Shown: one piece after another, positions 37,583 to 46,839 of the stretch | Position numbering within the stretch: the first letter of the stretch is position 1 | Layout: each line of letters starts with the position of its first letter | DNA from: Candidatus Latescibacterota bacterium | GTDB lineage: Bacteria > Latescibacterota > UBA2968 | Length of the DNA stretch: 64,000 bases | Direction of reading: 5' to 3' | Assembly (NCBI GenBank): GCA_965207885.1 | Contig: OZ242311.1 | Span: 704,001 to 768,000, forward strand | Made by a program: the position numbers and the translations under genes | Notes under the pieces: model-generated | Databases searched by the model: none | Seen by the model: only the letters and a program-made list of their open reading frames with translations | What the model was told of the DNA's origin: nothing

Positions 37583-39367
37583 TTACGCTTCTTCCAACGC
37601 GAATTGCATGTCGCACAGGCGGGCGTAGAGGCCGTCGCTGGCGAGTAGCTGGGTGTGTGTGCCGTATTCGACGATTTTGCCGCGGTCGATGACGTAGAGG
37701 CAGTCGGCGCGGCGCACGGTGGATAGGCGATGGGCGATCGCAAAGGTGGTGCGGCCTTCCATGAGGCGTTCGAGTGCTTTTTGGATGAGCATTTCGGTTT
37801 CGGTGTCAACAGAAGATGTGGCTTCGTCCAGGATGAGGATGCGCGGGTTGTTGAGGATGGCGCGGGCTATGGATATGCGCTGTTTTTCGCCGCCGGATAA
37901 GCGCACGCCCCGTTCGCCTATGTGGGTGTCATAAGCGTCCGGGAATCCGCAGACGAAGTCGTGGGCGTTGGCCATCATGGCGGCGTTGATGATGTCGGTT
38001 TCGGTGGCGTTGAGTTTGCCATAAGCGATGTTTTCGCGGATGGTTCCGTTGAAGAGGAAGGGTTCTTGTAAGACCATGCCGATTTGGCTGCGCAAAGATG
38101 CGCGTTGCATGTTTTTGAGGTCATGACCGTCAACGCATACGGTGCCAGAGTCGGGGTCGTAGAATCGGCAGATGAGGTTGATGATGGTGGTTTTGCCCGC
38201 GCCGCTGGGCCCGACGAGGCCGATGAGTTGCCCGGGTTGTGCGATGAGGGATACGCCCTGGAGGACGGGGGGTCCGTGTTCGTAGGCAAAGGTGACGTTT
38301 TGAAATTCAACGCGGCCGTTCAGGCGGTCAAAGGGGAGGGCGTTGGGGGTGTCTTTTATTTCGGGCTGGGTGTCCAGGATTTCAAAGATGCGACGCGCTG
38401 AGGCGGCTGCGCGCACGATGGTGTCGTTGATGCGGGTAAGGCTTTCTACGGGTCCGTAGAAGCGCCAGAGAAAGCTTTGAAAGGCGAAGAGGGTGCCGAT
38501 GGTGAGGTCGCCCGAGATGATTTGTCGCCCGCCAAAGAGGAGGACGAGGAGGGGTCCCATGGAGATGATGAATCGGGCGAGGGGAAAGAAGGCGACGCGG
38601 GTTTTGATGATGGTGATGCTGATGGTGAGGAAGGCTTTGCATTTTTGGGTGAAGCGAGAGAGTTCGTGGCCTTCGCGGGCAAAGCATTTGATGACGCGGA
38701 TGCCGGAGAGGTTGTCTTGCAAGAGGGCGCTGATGTCGGCTATGCGTTCGCGCGCCATGGTGTAATAGGGGCGTATGGTGCGGTTGTAGAAGATGATGAG
38801 GATGCTGTATAGGGGCATGGGCAACAGGGTGATGAGGGCGAGTTCAAAGCTGAGGCCAAAGAGGATGCTGCCGTAGATGACGATGGTTGCGATATTGACG
38901 AGTACGCGTTCCAGGGTGTCTGTGACGGTGTATTGGAGGGATTCGACGTCGGCGGTTACGCGCGACATGAGTTCGCCCGTGCTGCGGTCGTTGTAGAAGC
39001 GCAGGCCCAGGTGCTGGAGGTGGTCATAGACCTGGACGCGGAGGCTGAAGAGGATGTCCTGGCCCGTTCGGTTGAGGAGGTAGCGGTTGATGAAGCTGAA
39101 GATGGTGTGGAGGATATAGACGCCGAGGAGGAGCAGGGCGTAGTATTGGAGGAGGTCGAAGTCGGTTGCGATTTTTGTGTCGGAGAAGTCGTCGCCAATA
39201 TAATTCCCTTCTGTGAAGTAGGGGGTTAAGATGTTGTCGATGACTTCGCGCATGAGCAGGGGTTGCGCGGCATCCAGGCCGATCATGACGAGGGTGGCGC
39301 CGATGCCGATGCTCACGCGGCCCAGGTAAGGGCGAACATAGGTGACGAGGCGGAGGAAGACGTTCAT
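37583..39367 (-). CDS. ABC exporter, fused permease/ATPase (MsbA/MdlB-like)
   Basis: TMD followed by GPSGAGKT, LSGGEKQR, ILDEATSSVD, AHRLST; true start MNVFLRL. Confidence 0.93.
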   Translation of the reverse strand: MNVFLRLVTYVRPYLGRVSIGIGATLVMIGLDAAQPLLMREVIDNILTPYFTEGNYIGDDFSDTKIATDFDLLQYYALLLLGVYILHTIFSFINRYLLNRTGQDILFSLRVQVYDHLQHLGLRFYNDRSTGELMSRVTADVESLQYTVTDTLERVLVNIATIVIYGSILFGLSFELALITLLPMPLYSILIIFYNRTIRPYYTMARERIADISALLQDNLSGIRVIKCFAREGHELSRFTQKCKAFLTISITIIKTRVAFFPLARFIISMGPLLVLLFGGRQIISGDLTIGTLFAFQSFLWRFYGPVESLTRINDTIVRAAASARRIFEILDTQPEIKDTPNALPFDRLNGRVEFQNVTFAYEHGPPVLQGVSLIAQPGQLIGLVGPSGAGKTTIINLICRFYDPDSGTVCVDGHDLKNMQRASLRSQIGMVLQEPFLFNGTIRENIAYGKLNATETDIINAAMMANAHDFVCGFPDAYDTHIGERGVRLSGGEKQRISIARAILNNPRILILDEATSSVDTETEMLIQKALERLMEGRTTFAIAHRLSTVRRADCLYVIDRGKIVEYGTHTQLLASDGLYARLCDMQFALEEA

Positions 39368-39368
39368 G

Positions 39369-39524
39369 GGAAGTGTGAAGTGTGAAGGTTGAAGTGTGAA
39401 ACGGTTTACAACTGGTCGTTTCTCAGACCAGTTCACGTTGAAGGTTGAAGGTTGAAGTGTGAAGGTTGAAGTGTGTAGGGGCGAGGCATGCGTCATCGCG
39501 GTATGGTTTTTAGCCGCGATCCAG
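39369..39524 (+). repeat. Heptamers, AACTG-hairpin, half GTAG-REP (39475) and GTCAT-hairpin (39492-39524)
   Basis: Read directly from the sequence. Confidence 0.85.
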
Positions 39525-39536
39525 AGGTTTTGTTTG

Positions 39537-40160
39537 TTACGCGTTGATAATCTGATCGGTGGATACAATTTCAACGCCCTGTTGCTGCCATTCATCTACC
39601 AGGCGGTCCCCGCGTTCGGGGTTGATGGCTTGTGCGGCGTCCAGGACGAGCTGTATGGGCGCTGTGTTGCGGTTTAAGAAGCCGTTGATGGCGTAGGCGT
39701 TGCATACGTCGAGGGCTACGCCATAGAGGACGATGCGGTCGGGTTTGATGGCGTTGAGTACAGGTTCGACGTTGGGGTTGGTGAAGACATCGAAACGCTG
39801 TTTGCGAAAGATGATTTCACCGCGGTGTTTTTGTACCCGGCTGATGAGGTCGCCCGGGGCGTCCGGGTCGATCCAGAGGGGATTTTGCGGTTGGGTTTCG
39901 GGTACTTTTTTTTGTCCTTCTGTGCCGGCGATGCAGTGGGGCGGAAAGGTTTCCAGGAAGTCCGGGTTGTCTGAGATTTCAGGGTCGTCTATCTGGTGGT
40001 TGTCAACCGAGCCGTAGATGGGGATGTCCCGTTGTCTGGCATGGTCTGTGAGTTTTTTGAGGTTCGGCAAGCGCTTTTCCGATGCGGTGACGTAGAGTTT
40101 GCCGTCGGGCATGATGAAGTCGTATTGGGTATCGACATCCCAGAATATGACGCCGGGCAT
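39537..40160 (-). CDS. Isochorismatase/nicotinamidase-family cysteine hydrolase
   Basis: DVDTQYDF, D.H, FPPHC, RKQRFDVF, GVALDVC. Confidence 0.85.
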   Translation of the reverse strand: MPGVIFWDVDTQYDFIMPDGKLYVTASEKRLPNLKKLTDHARQRDIPIYGSVDNHQIDDPEISDNPDFLETFPPHCIAGTEGQKKVPETQPQNPLWIDPDAPGDLISRVQKHRGEIIFRKQRFDVFTNPNVEPVLNAIKPDRIVLYGVALDVCNAYAINGFLNRNTAPIQLVLDAAQAINPERGDRLVDEWQQQGVEIVSTDQIINA

Positions 40161-40192
40161 GGGGTACTCCTTTATTGATCTGCGATCAGATT

Positions 40193-40356
40193 GTAGGGGA
40201 CGGCCCCTGTGCCGTCCCGTCATTGCGGCATGGTCCCCTGCTTAAAGCATGCAGGGGCATGCTTAGCCGCAATCCAGAGGTTTTGGGTGGTGGGGCAGGG
40301 TTCGTCTATGAACTGGCCTGAGAAGCGGTCAGTTGTACCCCGCTCCGTCTATTCGT
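40193..40356 (+). repeat. GTAG-REP, GTCAT-hairpin with loop insertion (40219-40277) and inverted AACTG-hairpin
   Basis: Read directly from the sequence. Confidence 0.8.
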
Positions 40357-41564
40357 GTTTTGTACAAAAAGTATTTTTCCCTCACAGTAGCGAATTCCTC
40401 CAATTCCCCTTCCCATCGCTCCCATATTTCCCGCGCGCTGTCGCCTTTTAGGAGGGCTTCGCGCACGGTGCTGGTTCCCATGGCCTGGTCAAAGCGGTCA
40501 TACCGGTCTTTTGGGATTTTGAATTCGGGATATGTTGCCACGAGGTGTGCGAGTATGGATATTTCTGTGCGCGTGGGTCGAAAGGCGATGGGGTCTGTTA
40601 TGTGCAGGCATATAGCCTGTACTTTTTTGTCGCGAAACAGCCATGTGTCGGGTTCAAATATTATGGGTTGAAATTCTACGCCGGGCAGTTGCAGGGCGTT
40701 CAGGTCGCGGGCTGTTTTTTCTGCGTTGATCCACGGCGCGCCAGCGATTTGAAAGGGCATGTCGGTTCCTATGCCGATGTGCAGGGTTCCCAATGCGCCA
40801 ATGGTTCCGGTTGCAGCAAAGGTTATGGCAGATTCGGGCGATGGGATGTTGGGCGATGGCTCGACCCAGTCGCGTCCGATGTCCGCCCAGCGCGTGTTGC
40901 GCTGGTAGCCTTCCATGGGGACGACGGTGAGGGAACAGGCGAGCAGGTGTTCGCGGTTGAGATATCGGGCGAGTTCTCCTGCTGTGAGTCCATACGCGCG
41001 GGGTACTGGATAGAGTCCTCCAACTAATGATCGCCATTTTTCTTCGGTTATGGGTCCATCTACGGTTAGTCCGCCGAGGGGATTGGGGCGGTCGAGGACG
41101 ATGACGCGCTTGTCGTGTTCGCCCGCCGCTTTTATGACTTTGGTCAGGCTCCAGATGTAGGTGTAGGCTCTGCTGCCCACGTCCTGTATGTCGTAGATTA
41201 TGACGTCGATGTTGTCCAGTGCGGATTTTAAGGAACGGTCACTTCCGTAGAGGGAATATACGGGCAGGCTGTCCATTTGCGTGTCGCGCACGTGTTCGCC
41301 CGCTTTTGCCTCTGCTTTGATTCCGTGTTCAAGTGCGAATAGGGCGACGAGATTTACGTCCGGGTGCTGTTGCAGGGCGGCGATTGTTGTGATGCCTGTT
41401 TTTGTGCGTCCCGTGGGGTTGGTGATCAGGCCGACCCGTGCATTTTCTGTTAGATGGGTGTGGTGTTCCAAAAATACATCTACACCCATTTGTAGCTCCT
41501 GTTTTTGCGAGGTGCAGTTGAGACAGATGGAAAGAAGGAGTATGGAGGTACACAATCTACCCAT
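40329..41564 (-). CDS. namZ: DUF1343 / exo-beta-N-acetylmuramidase NamZ-like protein
   Basis: VGLITNPTG, EHG, SLYG, DIQDVGSRAYTY, LDRPNP, PSPNIP; N-terminal signal. Confidence 0.85.
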   Translation of the reverse strand: MGRLCTSILLLSICLNCTSQKQELQMGVDVFLEHHTHLTENARVGLITNPTGRTKTGITTIAALQQHPDVNLVALFALEHGIKAEAKAGEHVRDTQMDSLPVYSLYGSDRSLKSALDNIDVIIYDIQDVGSRAYTYIWSLTKVIKAAGEHDKRVIVLDRPNPLGGLTVDGPITEEKWRSLVGGLYPVPRAYGLTAGELARYLNREHLLACSLTVVPMEGYQRNTRWADIGRDWVEPSPNIPSPESAITFAATGTIGALGTLHIGIGTDMPFQIAGAPWINAEKTARDLNALQLPGVEFQPIIFEPDTWLFRDKKVQAICLHITDPIAFRPTRTEISILAHLVATYPEFKIPKDRYDRFDQAMGTSTVREALLKGDSAREIWERWEGELEEFATVREKYFLYKTRIDGAGYN

Positions 41565-41580
41565 TTTTACGCTTCCAGAT

Positions 41581-41618
41581 AAAAAACGGGCAGTTGCACA
41601 CATGCGACTGCCCGTTTT
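41581..41618 (-). terminator. Probable intrinsic terminator of the small upstream ORF
   Basis: AAAAAACGGGCAGTTGCA..TGCGACTGCCCGTTTT hairpin. Confidence 0.65.
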
Positions 41619-41644
41619 GTTACATCAACCCGTTTTTGCTTTTT

Positions 41645-41857
41645 CTATACAGTCTCAACAGTTCGCGCCAGTTTTTTCCATTTCCCAAAGGCTTTCCAGT
41701 TGATGGTTTCGCGTTCACCATTGCAATTTAATATGCCTGCTTGCAAATATTCTCTAATTCGTCCTTTTACCTGTTGGGGAGATATGTTCAATTGTGTAGC
41801 AGCAACTTCTTCACCAATCCCAGCCTCCAGCAGTTTTAACAATGCCGTGTCGTCCAT
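41645..41857 (-). CDS. Small hypothetical protein, possible HTH
   Basis: GIGEEVAATQLNISPQQVKGRIREY; RBS GAGGA. Confidence 0.5.
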   Translation of the reverse strand: MDDTALLKLLEAGIGEEVAATQLNISPQQVKGRIREYLQAGILNCNGERETINWKAFGKWKKLARTVETV

Positions 41858-42162
41858 GGCAGGGTTCCTCAAGAGATGTGAAACACACTACACCGCTCTC
41901 TGATAGAAAGAGAGAATCGGAACGAATTGTAGAGGAAAAAAAGCGAGATACTCGGAAGGTGAGGAAGGGCACAGTTAGCAAAGATAGGGGAAGCTCTACA
42001 AAAGAATGGCTAATACCCGAAATTCCGCGTTCTCACTCAATATGCAATATAGTCATTCTCCACTTATATGCAAGGTAAATCATAAAGGTGAAGATATTGT
42101 TAATCCGCGATTCGTTGATGAACTGCTGGCGCAGTTGTACCCCGTTCCGTCTATTCGTTGAC

Positions 42163-43593
42163 TCAAACCGCAGGCAAGGACGCGTGGTCGTTTGTTTCGT
42201 GTTGCCACAGTCGAATGCGGGCTGCGATTTCCCGCGCCCGGTCGCGGTGCGCAGGGTCGTCGAAGAGGTTGGTTTCTTCATAGGGGTCGTTGTTCAGGTC
42301 GAATAATTCGCACTGGTCGCCGGCACATAAGTTGAGTTTCCACCGGTCTCCGGTTACGGCACAGCGCCAGGGCAAGGTTGACATGAGGTTGATTTTGGGA
42401 TTGCCCAGGTTGCGGTCGCCAATGCCGTTCCATTCCATGAATGCGGTGTGGTCGCGCAGGTCGGCATCGCCGTTTAAGACGTCGGCACACGGGCGGCCCG
42501 GGAGGGTTTCTAATAGTGGCTGATTGGCGAGTTCCACAAGGGTGGCGATCAGGTCCGCGTGTCCAAAGACGCCGTCGATACGCTTTTGCGATTGGGTGAG
42601 CCACGGGACGCTTAAGATCATGGGTACGCGCGCGGATTCTTCGTAGAATGCGCGTTTTTCGAACATGGCGTGGTCGCCTGCCATTTCACCGTGGTCGCTG
42701 GTGACGGCAAGGATGGTGTTTTCCATTTGTCCGGTTTCTTCCAGTGCCTGTACCATGCGGCCTATGGCGTCGTCGATGATTTTTACGTTGCCGTAGTATT
42801 GCGCCCGCAGTTTTCGCCAGGATTTTTCTTGTCGCATGTCATGACCTTCAACTCTGTTGCTGAGGTAGTGTTCTGCGCGCGCGCGGTTAAATAAGGCGTG
42901 TCCTTCTGATTTTTTCATAAAGGTGGGACCTACGGGTAGGGCATCGGGGTCGTACATGCCGTCGTAGGGGCCGGTCATTGGGGGGTGTGGCTCAAATGTG
43001 CTGAATACGAGGAGCCAGGGGCGGTCTGTGTTTTCCCGGATGAATCGCTCGGAGTGGTTGGCGATGAAGGTGCCCATCTGGTATTCTGCGGGGAGTTGGG
43101 ATCGCTGGCGCGGTGAGTAGATGATTTCTCCAGTGGCGCTGTTGTTTTGGGGTTCTATGCCCTGTTCTTTCATCCAGTAGTAATAGCTGCTGAAGGGCAG
43201 GCCAGGGCGGGAGTATTTGTTGCGGTGGTCGTCTTCTGTGCTGATCCATTCGTCGAATCCGTGTTGTCGCACGGAGTCGTCGCCGAGGTGCCATTTTCCA
43301 AACATGGCTTTTCGATAGGTGTCGGGTAGCATTTCTGCGATGGATGGGATTTCATCGCGCAATATGTCCCGGTTGACCATGCATTCGTGATTGTGCGGGT
43401 ACAGGCCCGTCATGAGGGATCCGCGCGCAGGGGTGCATACGGGTTGTGTGACGTAGGTGTTTTCAAAGACGAAGCTGCGCTCTGCCAATGCGTCTTGATG
43501 CGGCGATTGTATCCAGTCGTTGCCGTAACACCGCAGGGTGTCCGTGCGCTGTTGGTCGCTGATGAAGAGCAGGATGTTCGGTTGTTCTGCCAT
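42163..43593 (-). CDS. Formylglycine-dependent sulfatase
   Basis: PNILLFISDQQR, CTPARGSLMTG, GKWHLG, SDHGE. Confidence 0.93.
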   Translation of the reverse strand: MAEQPNILLFISDQQRTDTLRCYGNDWIQSPHQDALAERSFVFENTYVTQPVCTPARGSLMTGLYPHNHECMVNRDILRDEIPSIAEMLPDTYRKAMFGKWHLGDDSVRQHGFDEWISTEDDHRNKYSRPGLPFSSYYYWMKEQGIEPQNNSATGEIIYSPRQRSQLPAEYQMGTFIANHSERFIRENTDRPWLLVFSTFEPHPPMTGPYDGMYDPDALPVGPTFMKKSEGHALFNRARAEHYLSNRVEGHDMRQEKSWRKLRAQYYGNVKIIDDAIGRMVQALEETGQMENTILAVTSDHGEMAGDHAMFEKRAFYEESARVPMILSVPWLTQSQKRIDGVFGHADLIATLVELANQPLLETLPGRPCADVLNGDADLRDHTAFMEWNGIGDRNLGNPKINLMSTLPWRCAVTGDRWKLNLCAGDQCELFDLNNDPYEETNLFDDPAHRDRAREIAARIRLWQHETNDHASLPAV

Positions 43594-43732
43594 GCGGTTA
43601 CTCCTTTTTGTGGGTGAGATAATTTGTGTAAATTTACACAAAAAATGATCCTATATCAAAGGTCATATTTTGTCGCCTGCTTTGCGAATTATTGTTTATA
43701 TTGTGCAGTCCATTTTTTTTGAGGAGAGCATT

Positions 43733-44257
43733 TTGCAGGTGTTAAGAGCATATATCCGATTTGTCGATGGATTAAACGAGCGCGTTGGGCGTGTTGTTTC
43801 GTGGCTTACTGCTGTGCTGGTGGCGGTGGTGTGTTACGATGTTTTTACCCGCTATGTGCTGAAGAATAGCCTGGTGGCTGTTCAGGAGTTGGAATGGCAT
43901 TTGTTCGCGCTCATTTTTCTTTTGGGCGCTGCGTATTCGCTCAAGCACGATCAACACGTGCGCGTGGATGTGTTTTATAGCCGGTTTTCTCCGCGCAAAC
44001 AGGCGTGGGTGAATTTGATTGGTAGTGTTCTGTTTTTGATTCCGTTTTGCGTTATTGTGATTGTGAGTTCGCGGTATTTTGTGGTTAGTGCTTTCCACAT
44101 TGGGGAGACGTCACCCGATCCGGGAGGCCTACCCGCGCGTTGGGTGCTCAAGGCGGCTATTCCACTGGGTTTTGTTCTGCTTTTGCTACAGGGCCTAAGT
44201 CTGGCGTGTCGGTCTTTGCTTTCCGTCCTGGGGCACGATGAGGAGGTGGATGGATGA
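43733..44257 (+). CDS. dctQ: TRAP transporter small permease
   Basis: QELEWHLF, HVRVDVFY, GETSPDPGGLP; four TM helices. Confidence 0.9.
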   Translation: MQVLRAYIRFVDGLNERVGRVVSWLTAVLVAVVCYDVFTRYVLKNSLVAVQELEWHLFALIFLLGAAYSLKHDQHVRVDVFYSRFSPRKQAWVNLIGSVLFLIPFCVIVIVSSRYFVVSAFHIGETSPDPGGLPARWVLKAAIPLGFVLLLLQGLSLACRSLLSVLGHDEEVDG

Positions 44258-45573
44258 TTGAGGCGATGCCCCTGATTCTGTTTGGCGTTCTTTTTCTTCT
44301 TCTTTTGATCGGTTTTCCCGTTGCGTTTACGCTGGGTGGCGTTTCTTTTATTCTGGGCTATTTGACGTTTGGTCCGGCTTTTTTCAATCTTTTGCCCTTG
44401 CGTATCTGGGGTGTGATGACGAATTACGTGCTGATTGCCGTGCCTTTGTTTGTGTTTATGGGGGTGATGCTGGAGAAGTCCGGGCTGGCTGAGAATTTGC
44501 TGGAGACGATGGCGTTGCTTTTTGGGCATTTGCGCGGTGGACTGGCGATTTCTGTGGTTGCTGTGGGGGCGCTGTTCGGGGCTTCTACGGGGATTGTGGG
44601 CGCGACTGTGGTTACGATGGGTTTGCTGAGTTTGCCGACGATGCTGAAGCGGGGATACCGCCCCGAGGTTGCCGCAGGGACGATTTCAGCGTCGGGTACG
44701 CTGGGGCAGATTATTCCGCCGAGTATTGTGCTGGTGCTATTGGGTAGTGTGCTGAATGTTCCGATTGGGGATATGTTTGTGGGTGCTGTGTTGCCCGGGT
44801 TTATTCTGGTTGGTTTTTATGCGGTTTATCTGATTCTGGTTGCGATTTTTAAATCCGAGTGGGTACCGGCAATGCCAGAGGAGGAGCTCGCGCAATTTCA
44901 CGGCAGGGCGATGGTGAAGCGCGTTTTGCAGGCGTTTGTTCTGCCGGCTGTTCTGGTTGTTGCGGTGCTGGGTTCTATTTTTGCGGGGGTTGCTTCGCCT
45001 ACCGAGGCGGCAGCCGTGGGTGCGTTTGGCGCGACGCTTTTGACGGTGTTGCAAAAGCGGTTTTCATATCGGACGCTGAAGTCGGTGATGGTGGAGACGA
45101 CGCATCTGACGTGTATGGTTTTTCTTATTCTGGTGGGGGCTACGGCGTTTGGTCTGGTGTTTCGCGGTATGCACGGGGATGCGTATTTGACGAATCTGAT
45201 TCTGTCGGCGAATATGAGTCCGGGGGCGTTTCTCGCGCTTGTGATGGTTATGATTTTTGTGGCGGGATTTTTTATCGATTTTATCGAGATTACGTTTATT
45301 ATTGTTCCGGTTGTGGCGCCTATTTTTGTGACGTTGGGGGTGGATCCTCTGTGGTTGGGTATTTTGATTGCGATGAATTTGCAGACTTCTTTTTTGACGC
45401 CGCCGTTTGGTTTTGCGCTTTTTTATCTGAAGGGGGTCGCGCCGCCCGAGGTCCGCACGGGCCATATTTATCGGGGGATTATTCCGTTTATTATTATTCA
45501 GCTTATTGGGCTGGCGCTGGTTATTACGTTTCCCGAGATGGCGACGTCTTTGCCAAAATATTTGGGGGGATAG
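44254..45573 (+). CDS. dctM: TRAP transporter large permease
   Basis: GFPVAFTL, SGTLGQIIPPS, NLQTSFLTPPFG. Confidence 0.93.
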   Translation: MIEAMPLILFGVLFLLLLIGFPVAFTLGGVSFILGYLTFGPAFFNLLPLRIWGVMTNYVLIAVPLFVFMGVMLEKSGLAENLLETMALLFGHLRGGLAISVVAVGALFGASTGIVGATVVTMGLLSLPTMLKRGYRPEVAAGTISASGTLGQIIPPSIVLVLLGSVLNVPIGDMFVGAVLPGFILVGFYAVYLILVAIFKSEWVPAMPEEELAQFHGRAMVKRVLQAFVLPAVLVVAVLGSIFAGVASPTEAAAVGAFGATLLTVLQKRFSYRTLKSVMVETTHLTCMVFLILVGATAFGLVFRGMHGDAYLTNLILSANMSPGAFLALVMVMIFVAGFFIDFIEITFIIVPVVAPIFVTLGVDPLWLGILIAMNLQTSFLTPPFGFALFYLKGVAPPEVRTGHIYRGIIPFIIIQLIGLALVITFPEMATSLPKYLGG

Positions 45574-45649
45574 AAGTGTGAAGGAGGAAGTGTGAAGGAG
45601 GAAGGGGGAGGGTGGCTTTCTAACTTCTACCTTCTCACTTCACACTTCA
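45573..45649. repeat. Inverted pair of heptamer runs between convergent genes
   Basis: GAAGTGTGAAG... on the left, ...CTTCTCACTTCACACTTC on the right. Confidence 0.7.
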
Positions 45650-46759
45650 TCATGCACTCAAGTTCTCGTAATAGATTTTTTCCGATATCGCCGCCCAGCC
45701 GTGCATTTTTTTGCGAAATGATTCATATGCTTCATATACTTTTTTGCTCATGGCATCGGCTGCGACGAGTTCATCTATGACTTCTCTGGCGTATTTTTGA
45801 AGTATGTCGAGGACTTCGTCGGGGAATTTTTTCAGTATGACGTTGTGGTCTTTTATGAGGGTTTGCAGGTGCGCGTTGTTTTTGGCTTCAAATTCCGATA
45901 GTGCCCAGGCATTTGCGCGCGCTGCGGCGGTTCGCACGATGTCTTGCAGGTTTTTGGGCAGGGTTTGATATGCGGATTTGTTGACGATGAGTTCTATGAC
46001 GGTGCCGGGTTCGTGCCAGCCGGGATAATAATAGTATTTGGCGGCTTTGTAAAAGCCCATGAGTGTGTCGTGATAGGGTCCGATCCATTCGGTTGCGTCG
46101 ATGACGCCGCGTTCGAGGTTGGTGAAAATTTCTGCGCCGGCTGATAAGATAGCGGATCCGCCGGCTTTGGAGATGACTTTGCCGCCGAGGCCCGGGATGC
46201 GCATTTTGAGGCCCTGAAGGTCGCTTGTGGCGTTGATTTCGCGGTTGAACCAGCCGCCCATTTGCACGCCGGTGTTGCCTGCGGGGATGGGGATGAGGTT
46301 AAATGGGGCGTAGAGTTCTTCCCATAAGGCGAGGCCTCCGCCGCTGGTGATCCAGGCGTTCATTTGTTGGGCGTTCATGCCAAAGGGTACAGAGGCAAAG
46401 AATTGGGTTGCCTGCGCTTTTCCCGCCCAGTAATACGCGGCGCCGTGACACATTTCCGCGGTTCCCGCGCTGACGGCGTCAAAGCCTTCGAGGGGGGGTA
46501 TGAGTTCGCCGCCGCCATAGACCTGTATTTTGAGCTGGCCTTCGGACATTTCTTCTGTCCATTTGGCGATGTGTTCAGCGGATTCTCCCAGGATGGGGAA
46601 GTGCGGCGGCCAGGTTGTGACCATTTTCCATTCGTATTTTTTGCGCGTTTGTACAGCGGGTGCCCCGGTTTCCTGGGGGGATGCACAGCCCGCCAATAGC
46701 GCAGCACCGCCGGCAAGTCCGGCTTTTTTTATGAAGTCGCGTCGTTTTACTCGTTCCAT
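45650..46759 (-). CDS. dctP: TRAP substrate-binding protein (TakP-like) with Tat/lipoprotein signal
   Basis: KRRDFIK...LLAGC, WKMVTTWP, GNTGVQMGGWF, KMRIPGLG, YYYPGWHEPG. Confidence 0.92.
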   Translation of the reverse strand: MERVKRRDFIKKAGLAGGAALLAGCASPQETGAPAVQTRKKYEWKMVTTWPPHFPILGESAEHIAKWTEEMSEGQLKIQVYGGGELIPPLEGFDAVSAGTAEMCHGAAYYWAGKAQATQFFASVPFGMNAQQMNAWITSGGGLALWEELYAPFNLIPIPAGNTGVQMGGWFNREINATSDLQGLKMRIPGLGGKVISKAGGSAILSAGAEIFTNLERGVIDATEWIGPYHDTLMGFYKAAKYYYYPGWHEPGTVIELIVNKSAYQTLPKNLQDIVRTAAARANAWALSEFEAKNNAHLQTLIKDHNVILKKFPDEVLDILQKYAREVIDELVAADAMSKKVYEAYESFRKKMHGWAAISEKIYYENLSA

Positions 46760-46839
46760 TGTGTCTCCGATGTGTCTCCGATTTAATTGAGGGTTTTGTA
46801 CAAATCAAATTATACACCCTCTCAATATAAATAAAAAAT

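Noticed and set aside
37583-39595. Long N-terminal extensions of the ABC exporter ORF (likewise for gpmI, the isochorismatase, arc and the sulfatases)
   Set aside because: Extensions read through intergenic repeats or spacers (e.g. WIAA..H.AMTHASPL recurs in unrelated ORFs); downstream starts were chosen or flagged
41873-42110. Possible ncRNA or long leader upstream of the small HTH-like ORF
   Set aside because: No recognisable RNA family or convincing structure by eye; only a weak promoter-like match
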